A stretch of 64,000 nucleotides of DNA from contig MU008166.1 in assembly GCA_010909165.1 (NCBI GenBank), forward strand, positions 1,364,001-1,428,000, written 5' to 3'. The first letter of the stretch is position 1, and the number at the start of each line of letters is the position of its first letter. Position numbers and translations under genes: made by a program. Shown here piece by piece: positions 21,850 to 35,425 of the stretch. A model generated the notes under the pieces. That model made no database searches. It was not told where the DNA came from and worked only from the letters and a program-made list of their open reading frames with translations. Origin of the DNA: Anthoceros angustus (taxonomy: Eukaryota; Plantae; Anthocerotophyta).

Positions 21850-23900
21850 GATGGAGTCATTAATCGTAGAGCCCGACCACATCGGCCGCTATGCTCCTAC
21901 AGGTGCATCCAGATTTTGGAACAAGCCCACATGATACACCGGATCAACAACCTTGTAGTTGTTGCAACCTAATGTACAATGTACCACTATGTTCTTCCGA
22001 TGTGAACATCTCCCTTCACTGCTATGATGACCACAACCCCAAAGATGTGATCGTCGAGATCCGGTTTTCAAGAAGAGCCCTCCTTCTCTCCATGAAGGGA
22101 TCGGATGGGCCACGCTTCATCACCCTAGCACTCTTGATGACCGGGAAGAAACATTTTCCAGCTCCAAAAGATCACCCACAACGCTCATTCGATCCATAAG
22201 AGGACCCTCGATGATATTCGTGAGGTTCAACATACACATGTCCGTGTTTCTTCCACATCGCACAACATAATCGTCACTCCCCTTGACTGTGCATACTCCA
22301 ACCTTTGTTCAATCGGTTGTTCTCTCCGACATTCACCGCTCCTTGGCACCAATCAACTGTCGACTTTTGGTCAACCCTCCGAGCCATCTCCAAGATTCGC
22401 TCAAGAGCATCGTCTTCGATTACACACAATCTTCAACGTGTTCCATCAATTCCTTATCAACGCCATCATAGATGTCTATTTGCCCAAGATTCATTAATTC
22501 CCATATCCATGCCTCCTTGATTGCATGGTAAAGGAAAGACGATGGAATGCCCGACGACCGTTCATTGCCTGGAAGGAGAAGGACCTCACCTCACAAATCA
22601 CTCACTGGCTCATACCAAAGAATTCACAAATCGGGTCATGGCGCCCACCGAATCCAAGACCTTCGTCCATGTTGATATCAATGACTTGTGCACCACCTTC
22701 CACCGCTTAATTGCTATAGAGAGTGCCTTCTCATAATCTCCGCCATTATAGCCTTCTTGAATATGATTGACCTCGGCACATTATAACGCCTCCCGCATTG
22801 ATAACGGATGGTCGATGGAGTGTAAATGAATGGTTCAAGCTCCCATATCCGCATAAGATTTTCCACTTTAGGAAAAGCGCGAGGCTTGCGTGAGACACCG
22901 AGAATTGATATTGCAAGTTCACATTACTCAATGTTGTGACAATCTGAATGACCTCTCCTCAATGCTTTGTCTTAAATACTTACAATGTCTACCACGCTTT
23001 TATGTGGTCATGTGTTGTACCGCAAAGATCCATCCAATGATGTTGATAAGGCCACCAGCTTGCAAAGTCACGGACATTTTTCCAAGCTGTGATGGTGTTT
23101 CATCGTACCCACCCATAGCATTGAAGCCTTAGCATTTGGGTAACATAAGATGTAGGTATCAAGAATCAAAATGCGTAGTTAAAACTCCTCATTGTACTCC
23201 CAGCTCTGGATCTTCCCAAGGTTAAAAACAAGCATGCACATTGCAGAGCCACGACTTACTGCTCAGAGTGTCGACATAGCCACCCATATCCCCAAGGCCA
23301 TAGACCAAGGGCCACCGGCCGAGAATGGGAGACACCGATCCAAAATGCCTTACAGCTTGTCCGGAGAGTGCGACCACTTTGGTCAACAATAGTGCCACCC
23401 ATCACAGTATCTCATGACCCCACCCTCAAAATACTCATCTATGGCATACACGTGCCTTTGCATTCAAGGTATCAACGATGGTCTCCACACAAAATGTCTA
23501 CCCTCCTATCGCAGTTGAAGTTGAAAGCGTGGCCTCGAAGCCCACATATCCTAACCTCACACCGGATGTGCGTGAACTTGCACACCGCTAATCCGTGGCG
23601 CCTTCCCAAGTCATGGGAAGTATGACCACCGACAACTTGTGAGTGCTCTCGGTTGCAATGAGATGTGTGTGGTTTTGGCCTGCACTCACCATCGCTTAAA
23701 CGGTGAGCCTGTACGAAATCAGAACAGTATTTAAAATAGGCGAATTCATTCTTGGAAGAATCTCTTAAATCTATCAATTCTGGAGTTATATCATGATCGC
23801 ATCTCGCTTGCATCCTCACTTGTGGATCAATTGCCCAACAACTTGGTCGATTTATCCCGACCTCGCACCGCGGGATGCTCTTTCTCTCTGCTCCACTTTC
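21850..23900 (-). pseudogene. Unidentified degenerate coding region, probably TE-derived
   Basis: Long stretches of protein-like translation broken by indels, e.g. ETIVDTLMQKCVYAIDEYFED (from the duplicate copy), EKALSIAIKRWKVVHKSL and DDALERILEMARRV. No family recognised. Confidence 0.35.
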
Positions 23901-26175
23901 TCGATGCACCTTCCTATTCCACCGCTTATGCACTCAACCCAATTCTAATCCGACAATTGTTCGTAATTCCACCGCCTGACTTAAGGAAGGTCGTCACATG
24001 TGCGTGAGCCACCGTTAGCAATGACTGACCGCTGTAGGCTGCACGATCCCTTCGGAGATTCTAAGCCTTTGGGAATGGCGCTTGCCTGATGCCGTGCTTT
24101 TAGCCTCATGCCCGCCTTGTCCGGGTGCGAGTACGGGAGATCGGAGGTCCCCTGTGAGTACAGAGATTCACACCGGAGGAGCTGGCCAGAATTACGAACG
24201 ACTTCTGTGATTCTCACGTTCGGAGTTGGAGGGTTTGGGAAAGTGTTTATGGATCTCTGGACGATGGGAGGCTGGTGGCCATCAAGCGTGCCTCAGCCAC
24301 AAGCATGCAAGGGTTGGGGAATTCCGCAATGAGATCATGCTCCTTAGCAGACTGCACCATCGGCACCTTGTCAGCCGAGGGCTGTGAAGCTTTGTGACCT
24401 CCAGGCATGCTCTTACCCTTTGCTTTGAAGGATCTTAGGCCATCGTGAGTTTGTAGCGGGTGATTGAAGGAGTTTATAGAATGCAGATTCTGGTGTACGA
24501 GTTTATGTCGAAGGAAACCTGCATTCGCACTTTTAGGTGAGTGGCAACAGGTGAATTGGAGAAAAGTTAGAGGCAGGTGTGCACTCCACATGTTTGCTAA
24601 CTGGAGATCCTTCCTGAAACAGGCAAGATCACCAGCACGCCACTTCATTGGTACAAGAGGCTGGAGATTGCTGTCGGTGTTGCCCAGGGTTTGGAGTATC
24701 TGCACTCCTTTGGTGCGTTGCAATCTCCTGGCCTTCAAGCATGTTGTAAAGGTTGGAGAAACCGATCCAAAATGCCTTACCGCTTGTCCGGAGAGTGCGA
24801 CCACTTTGGTCAACAATAGTGCCAATCGACCATCAGGTATCTCATGACCCCGATCCTCAAAATACTCATCTATGGCATACACGCATTTTTGCATCAAGGT
24901 ATCAACGATGGTCTCCATACAAAATGTCTACCCTCCTATCGCAGTTGAAGTTGAAAGCGTTTCCTCGAAGCTTCACATATCCTACTCACACCGGATGTGT
25001 GAACTTGCACACCGCCAATCCGTGGGGCCCTTCCCAAGTCATGGGAAGTATGACCACCTGGACAACTTGTGAGTGCTCTCATTGCAATGAGATGTGGCTT
25101 GGTTCGCAGACTCAATCCGCCTTAAACGGAGCCTGCAAAACCGCAGTACCAGATTTAAAATAGCGAATTCAGATTCTTGGAAGAATCTCAAATCTATCAA
25201 TTGGTGGAGTTATATCATGATGAGCATCTCGCTTGCATCCTCACTTGTGGATCAATTGCTATTGGCCCCTGATTTATCCCGATTCCGCACCGCATGGACA
25301 AGCTCTTTCTCTCTCGTCTCACTTTCGATGCACCTTCCTATTCCACCGCTATGCCAGACCAACCCAATTCCTAACCCGACAATTGTTTCGTAATTCCACC
25401 GCCGGACTTAAGGAAGGTCACATGCTGTGGCGTGAGCCAAGGCGACTGACCGCTGCAGACGATCCCTTCGCGGAGATTCTAAGCCTTTGGGAATGGCGCT
25501 CGATGCCGCGCTTTTAGCCTCATGCCTGTCTTGTCCGGGTGCGAGTACGGAGACTGGGAGGTCCCCTGTGAGTACAGAGATTCACACCGGAGGAGCTGGC
25601 TGAATTACGAACGACTTGGTGATTCTCACGTTATCGGAGTTGGAGGGTTTGGGAAAGTGTTTATGGATCTCTGGACGATGGGAGGCTGGTGGCCATCAAG
25701 CGTGCCTCAGCCACAAGCATGCAAGGGTTGGGGAATTCCAATGAGATCATGCTCCTAGCAGACTGCACCATCGGCACCTTGTCAGGCTGGAGGGCTTTTG
25801 TGAAGCTCAGGACCTCCAGGCATGCTCTTACCCTTTGCTTTGAAGGATCTTAGGCCATCGTGAGTTTGTAGGGTGATTGAAGGAGTCTGTTATAGAATGC
25901 ATTCTGTACGAGTTTATGTCGAAGGAAACCTGCATTCGCACTTTTAGGTGAGTGGCAATGTGGTGAATTGGAGAAAAGTTAGAGGCGAGGTGTGCACTCC
26001 ACATGTTTAACTGGAGATCCTTCCTGAAACAGGCAAGATCACCAGCACGCCACTTCATTGGTACAAGAGGCTGGAGATTGCTGTCGGTGTTGCCTAGGGT
26101 TTGGAGCATCTGCACTCCTTTGCGGTGCGTTGCAATCTCGTGGCCTTCAAGCATTTTGCAAGGGTTGGAGAAACC
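23335..26175 (+). repeat. Tandem duplication, unit ~1.43 kb (23335-24765 and 24766-26175)
   Basis: caaaatgccttac.gcttgtccggagagtgcgaccactttggtcaacaatagtgcc occurs at 23341 and ~24768, and the kinase exons are repeated. Confidence 0.92.
24050..24760 (+). pseudogene. Receptor-like kinase exons (subdomains I-V), truncated duplicate
   Basis: [67 protein letters not shown]. Ends at the duplication junction. Confidence 0.85.
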
Positions 26176-27136
26176 GATGCTCATGGCTCTACGGTCATGT
26201 GTCTGCAGGAACCCCCTGTCATCCACAGAGATGTAAAACCTAGTAACATCCTGCTGGATGACCACATGGTGGCAAAGCTTGCTGAATTCGAATCTCCAAG
26301 GCCATTTGAGTTTGACACTCACGTGTCAACCAGGCCGCCGTACTGCTGGTAAAATCTACTCCTCTACGTGGAATGGACAATCGGGAAACTTAAGCTCTCC
26401 ATCACTGCACGGATGCTCACTGTGGAATCATGCCTGCAGCTTATTTGGACCCGAGTATTTTGACGGCAGCTGACCACAGCCAGCGATGTGTATGCCTTCG
26501 AGTTGTTCTGCTGGAGCTGGTGCCAGGAAGCAATTGACCACAAAGGGACGAGGAGTATAACCTGATAGAGTGGGTGAGTTCCTACCCGTTTGCAGTGCTT
26601 GTCTTGCCTCCTTCCGTCGAGACAAGAAGTCTGAAGCTGCCTGGGTTGTGCAGACGAAAAGCGATTCCGCAACGGTGGAATAAGGTCCATCATCGACCCG
26701 CTCATGGAATACGAGTACTCCTGAGATGCCTACACCCGCATGACTGAGCTTGCCCTCAGATGCACTCAATTCAACAAGGACAACAGGCCATCAATGAAGG
26801 TAGACCCGGACTCCACCTCTTGGAGCAACAAGTTAACCTACTTCCCAAGAACTCTAACCCTCATCCTCGGCCATCTCGCCCTTGTCGCAGATGTGCTCGC
26901 ACCTTGAGCCTCATCTGGCCATCCAGTCCCTGTTCACTGCAGTACTACCTCCGATGACAAGACGAAGGACAGGGAGACAAGGCGCAGAGTCAAGTCAAGG
27001 CCACCACCTGAACCCGTCCCCAACAGCAAAGACCCAACCGGGAGTGTACATCACGTTCGACTCAGAGTACCTGGACTCCAGCTGCCCACAAGTGCAAACT
27101 AATGAGACTGGTGAGGACAACCTGGGACCCAGATGA
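25480..27136 (+). pseudogene. Kinase-only remnant of an RLK paralogue (no LRR or TM exons found), frameshifted
   Basis: [44 protein letters not shown], and last exon [14 protein letters not shown]...DNLGPR*. Intron positions match the gene at 31013-35425. Confidence 0.85.
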
Positions 27137-27379
27137 TCGTCGGAATAGGTCTCGGCCTGGTTCCTGGCACCTCCCATACTGCTGTGGTGGATCAACATGA
27201 TTGTGTCCGTTTCAGTGCATTCTGTTCTCCGTGGAGGCCATGAGTTTGTGTGCTGACAGACGGATGTTATTCCCAGAATGACCACCATCTTTTACACGGA
27301 AATATCCACATTGTAAAAATAATCACATGCTCTTTTGCCCACGTAAGCCCACAAGAATGACTATGGAATACTGATCAGG

Positions 27380-30010
27380 TCTATGGAATACCAATCATGT
27401 CATGCGGCATCCACATTTTTTCCACATTTTTTTAGGGTTGTGGACAGAAAGAAATAGTCTCGCCGTGTACCGCGGAACTATTTCAAGATGGTCATGCATG
27501 AGACCACAGGTTAGCGCCCCTCGTGTCCCAAACGTGGTCTACCCATGATACACAAAAATGATTCCATGACATGAAACTTTTCTTCTGGGATTAGTTGCGT
27601 TGAGGTCATTTCATTTGTCGCTGCCATTGCGCATCAACATGCCATGTCTCATGACCGCTGCATCCACAATTTGTTAGGATCGTCACGGTGTGTTAGCACC
27701 TGCTTACTAGATGCAATGGCGCTTGCTGCGCCATCGTCTGTCGACGCAAAGTGCATTACCCTTACGTCAACTGGCGATGGCAATCGCTACATACAAGGTC
27801 AGAACATTTTCTAGGCCTCGATGCTCGGGTGCCTTTCACATAGCGCCAACTACCCCGAAACAAGCTTGTACCAGAAGGACCAACAGAGAAGGGCTCCCAT
27901 GAAAACAGTCGCACACATACAATGCTTGCACCCAAAAAGCTGGTGCAAGCATACGATTCAAAGGACCCTCTTTGGACTACATGGTCACAGCCCATGGTAT
28001 GTCACGCCGAATTTGTCTCGATTGTGAGCATGCATATTCTACCGATGGTCGCCATGACGGAGCAACGAGTGAGCATGACATGCACGAGAGCGGCGAAAGC
28101 GAGACCGCGAGATCGAGGCCTTGAGCAAATGGGGAACGTGCACACGCATACTTGTAACTAAAATTTTGTATGTATGTCTTGCGCATGTTTAACACATGTA
28201 TGTGTGTTGATGGGACCGAAACCCTAAAGAAAACATCGCATGACACAATCGGAACAAGCTCCTAGGCGTGTGATGAAAGTGTTTGCTTAACGCATGAGCG
28301 TCTGATGTGGTCGATGGTACGACATTATATTGTGCAAGTATCTAAAGATGTCGTGGCATATTCCCCGTGGCGTACCAAAAAAGAAAGTCACACACACGCT
28401 CCGTGTGACGGTCGGTATTCCATACGAGGTCACGCGGCATCCACATTTTTTAGGGTTGGGACAGAAGAAATAGTCTTACGCAGACACGGCGGACCTATTT
28501 GATTATGTCATGCATGATCACATCGCCAGTCGGCCCCTGTCCCGATGTCGTCAACCTACTTACGTAAAAGATTTCACGATACAACAAAACTTTTTCTTCT
28601 CTCGGGTTTAGGGATGCGTTTAGGTCTTTTGCATTGCGCGCCATATACACGCAATGCCATCTCCGGTCATCGGCATCCACAATTTGTTAGAGTTAGTCAC
28701 GGGTTGCGTTAGCCGCCGCTTTACAATTTCGTTTGCTTTATCGCGGTCATCGTCTGTTTGTACGGTGAGTTACATTGCCCGTGCAATTTGCGATGTTTGC
28801 TTGGCAGCTGCATAGAAGGCACCGCGTTTCTAGGCTAGTTGCCTATTGGGTCGGTTTAGCACTAACTACCCCAAAACAAGCTTGTACCAAAAGGACCATT
28901 AGAGAAGGGCTTCCATGAACACGACACTTTGCTTGCACCCAAAGCCTTCAGCAGGCACAAGGTGCAGCTCAAAAGGGCTCCATCATTACACATGACGCCA
29001 GGATGATCCCTTCCACACCTGATAATCGTGAGCCACAGCCTCGCCGTTGAGGTATCGGACGCTCCTCCTTGCTCCTGCACTCCCCGCACAATGTCAAGTG
29101 TGCAATATGACTCGGGGAGGAAGTCCATGCCCTCCAAGCTCTTCGCATAGGCATTGTCTCGCGATTGCCTCCTCGCTAACAAAATTTGTGCATGTGTCTT
29201 GCCGCCTATTTAACAAGTATGTTCCGATCAATGAAAACTTAAAACCCTAAACAAGAAAAATATGCATCATAACAATCGAACACCGAGCGCTTGATCGATG
29301 AGAAAGTTTTGCCCCCTCTGTCGTAGAGTCACCCCCTAATTGGGAATTCTATAAATGGATTCCTCTCTAAATGGGACCTCCCATCCTACTCCTTTAGTTT
29401 ATAATGTAACAAATGGGACTTTTCCTAAATGATAATTGGGACCTTGAAGCATACATTCATGTTAGTTTCACCTCCCTAAATGGGATTTCTCATTTTTTTT
29501 ACTAAAAAAAATCTAAAAAAAAAGGAAAAAGAATCCATTATTTCATAGCTTTATAGACTTTTAGTGTGATTGAAGACCCTTAAGCTAAGCTTTTCCTATG
29601 ATAGGTAGAGGTTTTTGATGTCGCTTAGAGAGTGCTAGCTTTCAAACAACTATATAAAAAGAACTGGTAAAGTTATTTTTAGTGAAACCTATCAATCAAA
29701 ATTTAAATTTTCTTTGGGTATTTTTTGATTTGTTTTAAAGTTTATAACATTTTTATTATTTTTAAATAGGGAAAATACAATCGGGACACCTCCCTTACCT
29801 CTAAAGGCACTCCGAACCAGTCCCAATTGGGGGGGTGGACTGTACCTATAGAAGCTTGATATGGAACGTATTATATGTGTATTATACGTAAGTATTGAAA
29901 GATGCCGTGGCATATTTCCCTAGCGTACACCCAAAAAAAAAGAAAGTCACACACGGGAGCCAGATCGGTATTCCATAAATGACACCGCCCATGCTCTCAT
30001 GGAAGATAGT
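27380..30010 (+). repeat. Diverged ~1-kb tandem repeat (about 2.2 units), second unit interrupted by a MITE
   Basis: Shared runs: gcggcatccacatttttt at ~27405 and ~28435; aaacaagcttgtacca at ~27860 and ~28873; cgtggcata...aaagaaagtcacacac at ~28352 and ~29907. Confidence 0.8.
29326..29842. mobile_element. ~517-bp Tc1/mariner-type MITE
   Basis: Left end TA|gagtcaccccctaattggga and right end tcccaattgggggggtggactg|TA form imperfect ~20-bp TIRs with a TA duplication. AT-rich interior with repeated aatggga. It interrupts the 1-kb repeat. Confidence 0.65.
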
Positions 30011-31012
30011 TTGCTGCAAGCAAACTCTCCCCGTTGTCGGAAATACTTGACACAAGTTGCATTCCGAGCTCAGGATAATCACGCGAGGACGTTTATCATA
30101 AGATTTGTTCTTTACATGGCCCAGAAACAAGCGTAAGGTCTGATTGGGAGAACCATGGTCATTCTGGGGGTTAAACAGGTGGACATTTGTGCAGTCACGT
30201 GCGTTGTTGATCGTGCCTTTCCACCCGTGAAGGGAGCTTCCTGGAAGCAGAAGGAAACTAAGTCAGAATGTGATCCAGTGGAAATCCGCGTCATCCATGA
30301 TGATGGCTCTGCAGGAGTAACCAGTCGTGTAGCTGTACGTACGGCCTACGAATATGTCCACATTCATAAACCGAAAGTGACAGATGCTGCGAGTTGAAGG
30401 GGAAATCATCCTCCCATCACGACTGGCATCTACACGTGGCTCCTCTGGTCCACCACCCTTGGGTGGGATCACAAGGTGGGATGGGGGTTAGGTGTTGGGA
30501 TGTGGTGCTATCTATCCCCTTATTGCTAATATACCTCGATCTATTCCCACTAGAAACAGGGAAACGTGGGTTGACTGGATCCACCATTTGTATTCTACAC
30601 AGCACTGTATGTAGAGCTCCCCGTTGTCAGGGCAAGTTGGGCAGGAGCCAGCAAAGAGAAATCCGCAAAGGACGGAAATCCCGCCGGGAGAGGCCCAAAA
30701 TAAGATCTGCGTTGGCATGGGAGCTCTCCCGGCTCTCCCTCCCAATTTGTGCGTCGCACCACACGGAACACCTCACATTCGAGGGAGGCCGCCAGATTCG
30801 CAAGCTCCAGCGTTGTTCATGAGGTGGCTGAGGCCTGCGACCTCTTGTCCGACTCGTGCGGGCAGAGCGGGAATCGTGAATCGTGAATCGTGAACCCCGA
30901 GTACTTGCTGACGAGTCAAGGTCGGGATTGGGGCATTGCTGATTATGGCGGCCATGTTGCTCGGATAGGACGACAGCGCGCTCACACCAGCCGCATCGGT
31001 TTCGCAGGCGGG

Positions 31013-34000
31013 ATGGGCAGGCTCGTCGTCCCCGGCCTGCTTCTGTGTCTAGTGATCGCCACCGGCTTGATTTCAAGCAGCCACGCTACCCCGGAAGAAG
31101 GTGGGGGGTCAGTGCTGGATGCGTGCCAGTTTGAATCTGCCAGGGAGCTCTTCCTCTGAGCCGTCTTGTTTGTCCATCAGGTGATACGTTGATTTCGATT
31201 CTCCGGCAATGGGATGCCTCGTTCCCTACCTGGGTGCCTGGCGCGGATCCTTGCCAGCTGCCGGTGTGGGAGAACGTGACCTGCGACCAGAGTGGATTCG
31301 TCGTGGAGCTGTAATGAACCTTTGCCTTGCCCTGATATGAGAGCCGCCTTATGGGTCTTGGGTGATCGTGTGTTTGTCGGGCTGTCGATGTGCAGGAATG
31401 TTAGCAACAGGAATATCATGGGGCCGCTGCCGCCGGAGATCGGCGACCTGGTGCACTTGCAGGTGCTGGATGTGAGCAACATTGGGGGCACCAGAGGCAG
31501 GAACTACACCAACAAGAACAAGTTCACAGGGGCCATTCCGGACTCGCTCTCCAAGCTCACGTCTCTCAGGGCGCTGTGAGACGCTTTCCTTCCATGCCAG
31601 CATACTTTGTGGCTGCAGCTGCAGGAGTACTAGGGGGCTGAATCGTGATCTGAACCGGTGCGGATCTGCGGAATGCTCTGCAGGAATCTGAGTACGATCG
31701 GCTGGAACTCGAGCTTTCCGCAAGTGGTCACCACTCTTCCCAATCTGGAGGAGCTGTGAGTTCAATACTTCACTTTGTTGAGATCACTGCATTCTGGCTG
31801 CCTGTGCAGATTGCATCTGATGCTACGTAGCGCTGATTTAATGTTTTACATACTCACCTATTTGTGCAGCTTCATCAGTGAGGCGAACTTAGTCGGACCC
31901 TTGCCACCCAAGCTTTTCACGGATCTCAAGAAGCTTCGGACTTTGTGAGCATTATCCCTCGCAAGAACGATGTCTCATCACCTGGCTCTCACGTTTGATT
32001 CTCACTGTCAGGTGATTCATGGATTTGCTTGAGCAGGTACATCGGGGGTAACAACCTTGCGGCCAACTTGAAAGATTTCGCCTCCCTCACGACGCTTACT
32101 GAACTGTATGGCAACTCTTCTTCCGTTGCTCAACTGCTTTTCTTGACGATTTCGGCTTGCAACTACTTGACATCTTTCTATATTCTCTCAGGACATTTTG
32201 GGGCAGCATTTTGAACCAAACACTGCCTCCAGAGCTTGCCAGCCTCACCCAATTGACGTACCTGTAAGCTGCGGTCTCTCCAGCAAGAAATTTCTGGCTC
32301 AAGATGTCTTTGTTTCGATCAGTCCTGACTGCAGTAACCCTGATCTCCGGACCACTTGCAGGAACTTGCACGATTCGGCTCTTTTCGGCGGCCTCCCAGA
32401 AGCCTTTGGCAATTTGACAAACTTGAATAACCTGTGAGTGAATGTGGTGGCGCTTCATGTTGTAGTGCAATTACCACGGCGCATGGATTTTCGGAATTTC
32501 GTCCGGTCAGTGTGGACTGGCACCAAGGGACAGTTTGTGAGCATTCCTTTATCAACGCAGGCAACTGTACAACAACCTGTTCACGGGACGCATTCCCGAA
32601 TCTTGGAGGGCATTGATAAACTTGTCAACATTGTGAGTTTCCCCTGACAACATGTCCCGGGAAATTTTCATTTGGATTGCGCAAAGCTCCTAAGAATCGA
32701 TGTACTTATCGTGGACACAAATGTGCAGACGGATGGAATCCAATTCCCTGACTGGAGAATTTCAGTTGTGGTTGCTCACAGACTTGCCATACCTACAAAC
32801 TCTGTAAGCATTGTCACCACAGTTCCCGTCATTGCTCTTCATTGGGAAGCATGAGCATGAGCATTACTGTCTGACCTGGTTTGTCATCTGCCTGCGATCT
32901 CCTGCAGAACGTTGACTGGAAGCAACCATTTTGGCCCAATGCCCGGCGCAGATCTATTTGCCAAGTTCAATGATCTGTGAGCTGTTCAGATCCTGCTACC
33001 GACCGCAAGCTGGCTTTGTTGCAGAACTCCGTTGCAGGAATAATATAAACTTCTGTGGGTTCCTGTATCATGCAGGCGTTTTGACTGCAATTACTTCAAC
33101 GGCACCGATCCCGTCCCAGACGCGTGCGTGCATCTTGCAGCAGCTGCCAGCTGTTTCCGGACCAAGTTTCAGTGTCCTGTGTTAAAGCTCCTCGAAGTTA
33201 GCCATCTAAGCGTGCTTCGTGTTATCCTTGGCAGGGGGTCTCATATCACGTACCGAACGAAGAGCAATTGTTACGATGGATCTTCTGCAGCCGGCCTTAA
33301 GAAAGTAATCACACAGTGTAAAAGACACTGGACTTCTCGACGTTTAAAGCCGAGGTCATTCTAGGCCACAAATGTCCTCCTTGCCTTGCATTTCAGTATG
33401 TTAGAAAAGGAACCCCATCAACAGTCCCTGCGTTTGTGGTTTTGGACGAGGTAACGAGCAATCCATTAGCTAGCCTTGTTTTCCTGTTTTCCGATCTCCT
33501 GATTGGACCACGGTTGCAGGCCTGCCAGCTAACCCGTGATCATGCCATCTCTTAGGCCCGAAACATCCGAGCAAGGGAGTTCCAATTGGTGCTGTGGTCG
33601 GCGGTATCTTAGGATTGCTGGCTGTCTTCTGCGTTGTTGTGGGGTACATCCTGTGGAAGCGAAGGGAGCATTTCTCATTCCTAGACAAATTCAAAGTGAA
33701 AAAGGAGGAAGGTCTGGAACTTATTCTGCTGCTGTCCCTGATCACATCATCCTGTCGGCTGGTCGCAATCCTCTGAATCTGCGCGTTTCGCTGTGGAACA
33801 GTTCGTGGTGACTGGGAGATTCCCGCAGGCGTACAGAGGTTCAGTGCTGAGGAACTTGCCAAAATCACAGACAACTTTGGTGATTCTCACGTCATCGGTG
33901 CTGGAGGGTTTGGCAAAGTCTTTTTTGGGCAACTGGATGATGGCAGGGCTGTGGCCATCAAGTGTGCTTCTCTCACGAGCTTGCAGGGAGCTACGGAATT

Positions 34001-35425
34001 CAGGAACGAAATTACATTGCTAAGTAGGTTGCACCATCGTCACCTTGTCCGACTGGAAGGCTTCTGTGAAGAGGCGGACCTTCAGGTGAGCCTTCTTCTT
34101 TCTTCGCTATGCTTGTAAATCCGTTTCCAAGAGTTTGCAAATGATGTTCAATTCCTGATATAACTGGGCTTGCATGGTGCAGGTACTGGTGTATGAGTTC
34201 ATGAAGAAGGGCAACCTGCATTCCCATCTTCTCGGTAGGTCAATGTTTAGGGCTAATCGGCAGCAATGCTTGTGATACGGTCATGTGGTTCCTAACGTTT
34301 AGCTGTGACGCAGGCAAGATCACCAGTACACCCCTTCATTGGTACAAGAGGTTGGAGATCGCTGTTGGAGTTGCGCAAGGCCTAGAGTACCTCCATTCTT
34401 TTGCGGTACATGTGACTTGCTATCTGAAACAGCAAGGAGCCGGCACAAGGTTTCGAAAGTACGAAGCTTATCCAGTAATGTGTCCTTCTGTGTCGTGCAG
34501 GATCCTCCTGTAATCCACAGGGATGTGAAACCCAGCAATATCTTGCTGGATGATAACATGGTTGCCAAGCTTGCTGATTTTGGGATCTCTAAAGCAACGG
34601 CTGAGTTTGACACCCATGTTTCAACCAAGCCAGCTGGTACTGCAGGGTATGCTTTTCGACGCACTCCTATGAGGGCAAAGGTGTACCATCTGGAAGAAAT
34701 GCATGACGTGTGCGCTGTGTGTGGCAGGTATTTGGACCCTGAGTATTTCTTGAGGCGGCAGCTGACCACAGCTAGTGATGTGTATGCCTTTGGAGTGGTT
34801 ATGCTGGAGCTGGTGACTGGTCAGGAGGCGATTGATCATAAAAGACACGAAGAGTATAACCTGATTGAGTGGGTGAGTGGCAGATCGAGATCCTTTTGTT
34901 CGAATTTGGTCTCTCTGTCAGCATGATCTAACCTTACAACATGGTTCATTCGTTTGAACAGGTAAGGAAACGCTACAAAGCTGGTGGAATAGCCTCCATC
35001 ATCGACCCATTAATCGAGTATGAGTACTCAAAGGATGCTTACTGCGGCATGACTGAGCTTGCTCTTGCTTGCACCACATTCAACAAGGACGAAAGGCCAA
35101 ACATGAAGGTGCGTGTAGGTGATTGCCTCAAGTTTGACTTGGACCCCGAGGGAGTGAAAGGCCTTGGCCTGGTTTTTTTCCTCATGCTGGTGCATCTGCA
35201 TTGCAGACTGTACTGTCTACGTTGGAGCCACATTTGGCCATTCAGTCACTGTATGGGCCAAGCTCCCTAAGTGTGAAAGGGGAGAGGAAGGCAGTAGAAC
35301 CAGAACCCTCGCCCCAACCTCGTGGAGTTTACATCACCTTCGATTCCGAGTATCTCGACACCAGTATCCCGACAGAGGTACACAACAACATGAATTGGTG
35401 GGACTGACAACCGGGACCAAGATGA
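31013..35425 (+). CDS. LRR receptor-like serine/threonine kinase (signal peptide, LRRNT, LRRs, TM, RD kinase), many short introns
   Basis: [25 protein letters not shown] signal peptide; [19 protein letters not shown] cap; LRR exons ([48 protein letters not shown]); [29 protein letters not shown]; [49 protein letters not shown]. Stop after GPR; small indels in the last exon. Confidence 0.95.

Noticed and set aside
27430-27440. Scattered tttaggg words as telomeric sequence
   Set aside because: They are single isolated heptamers with no array.
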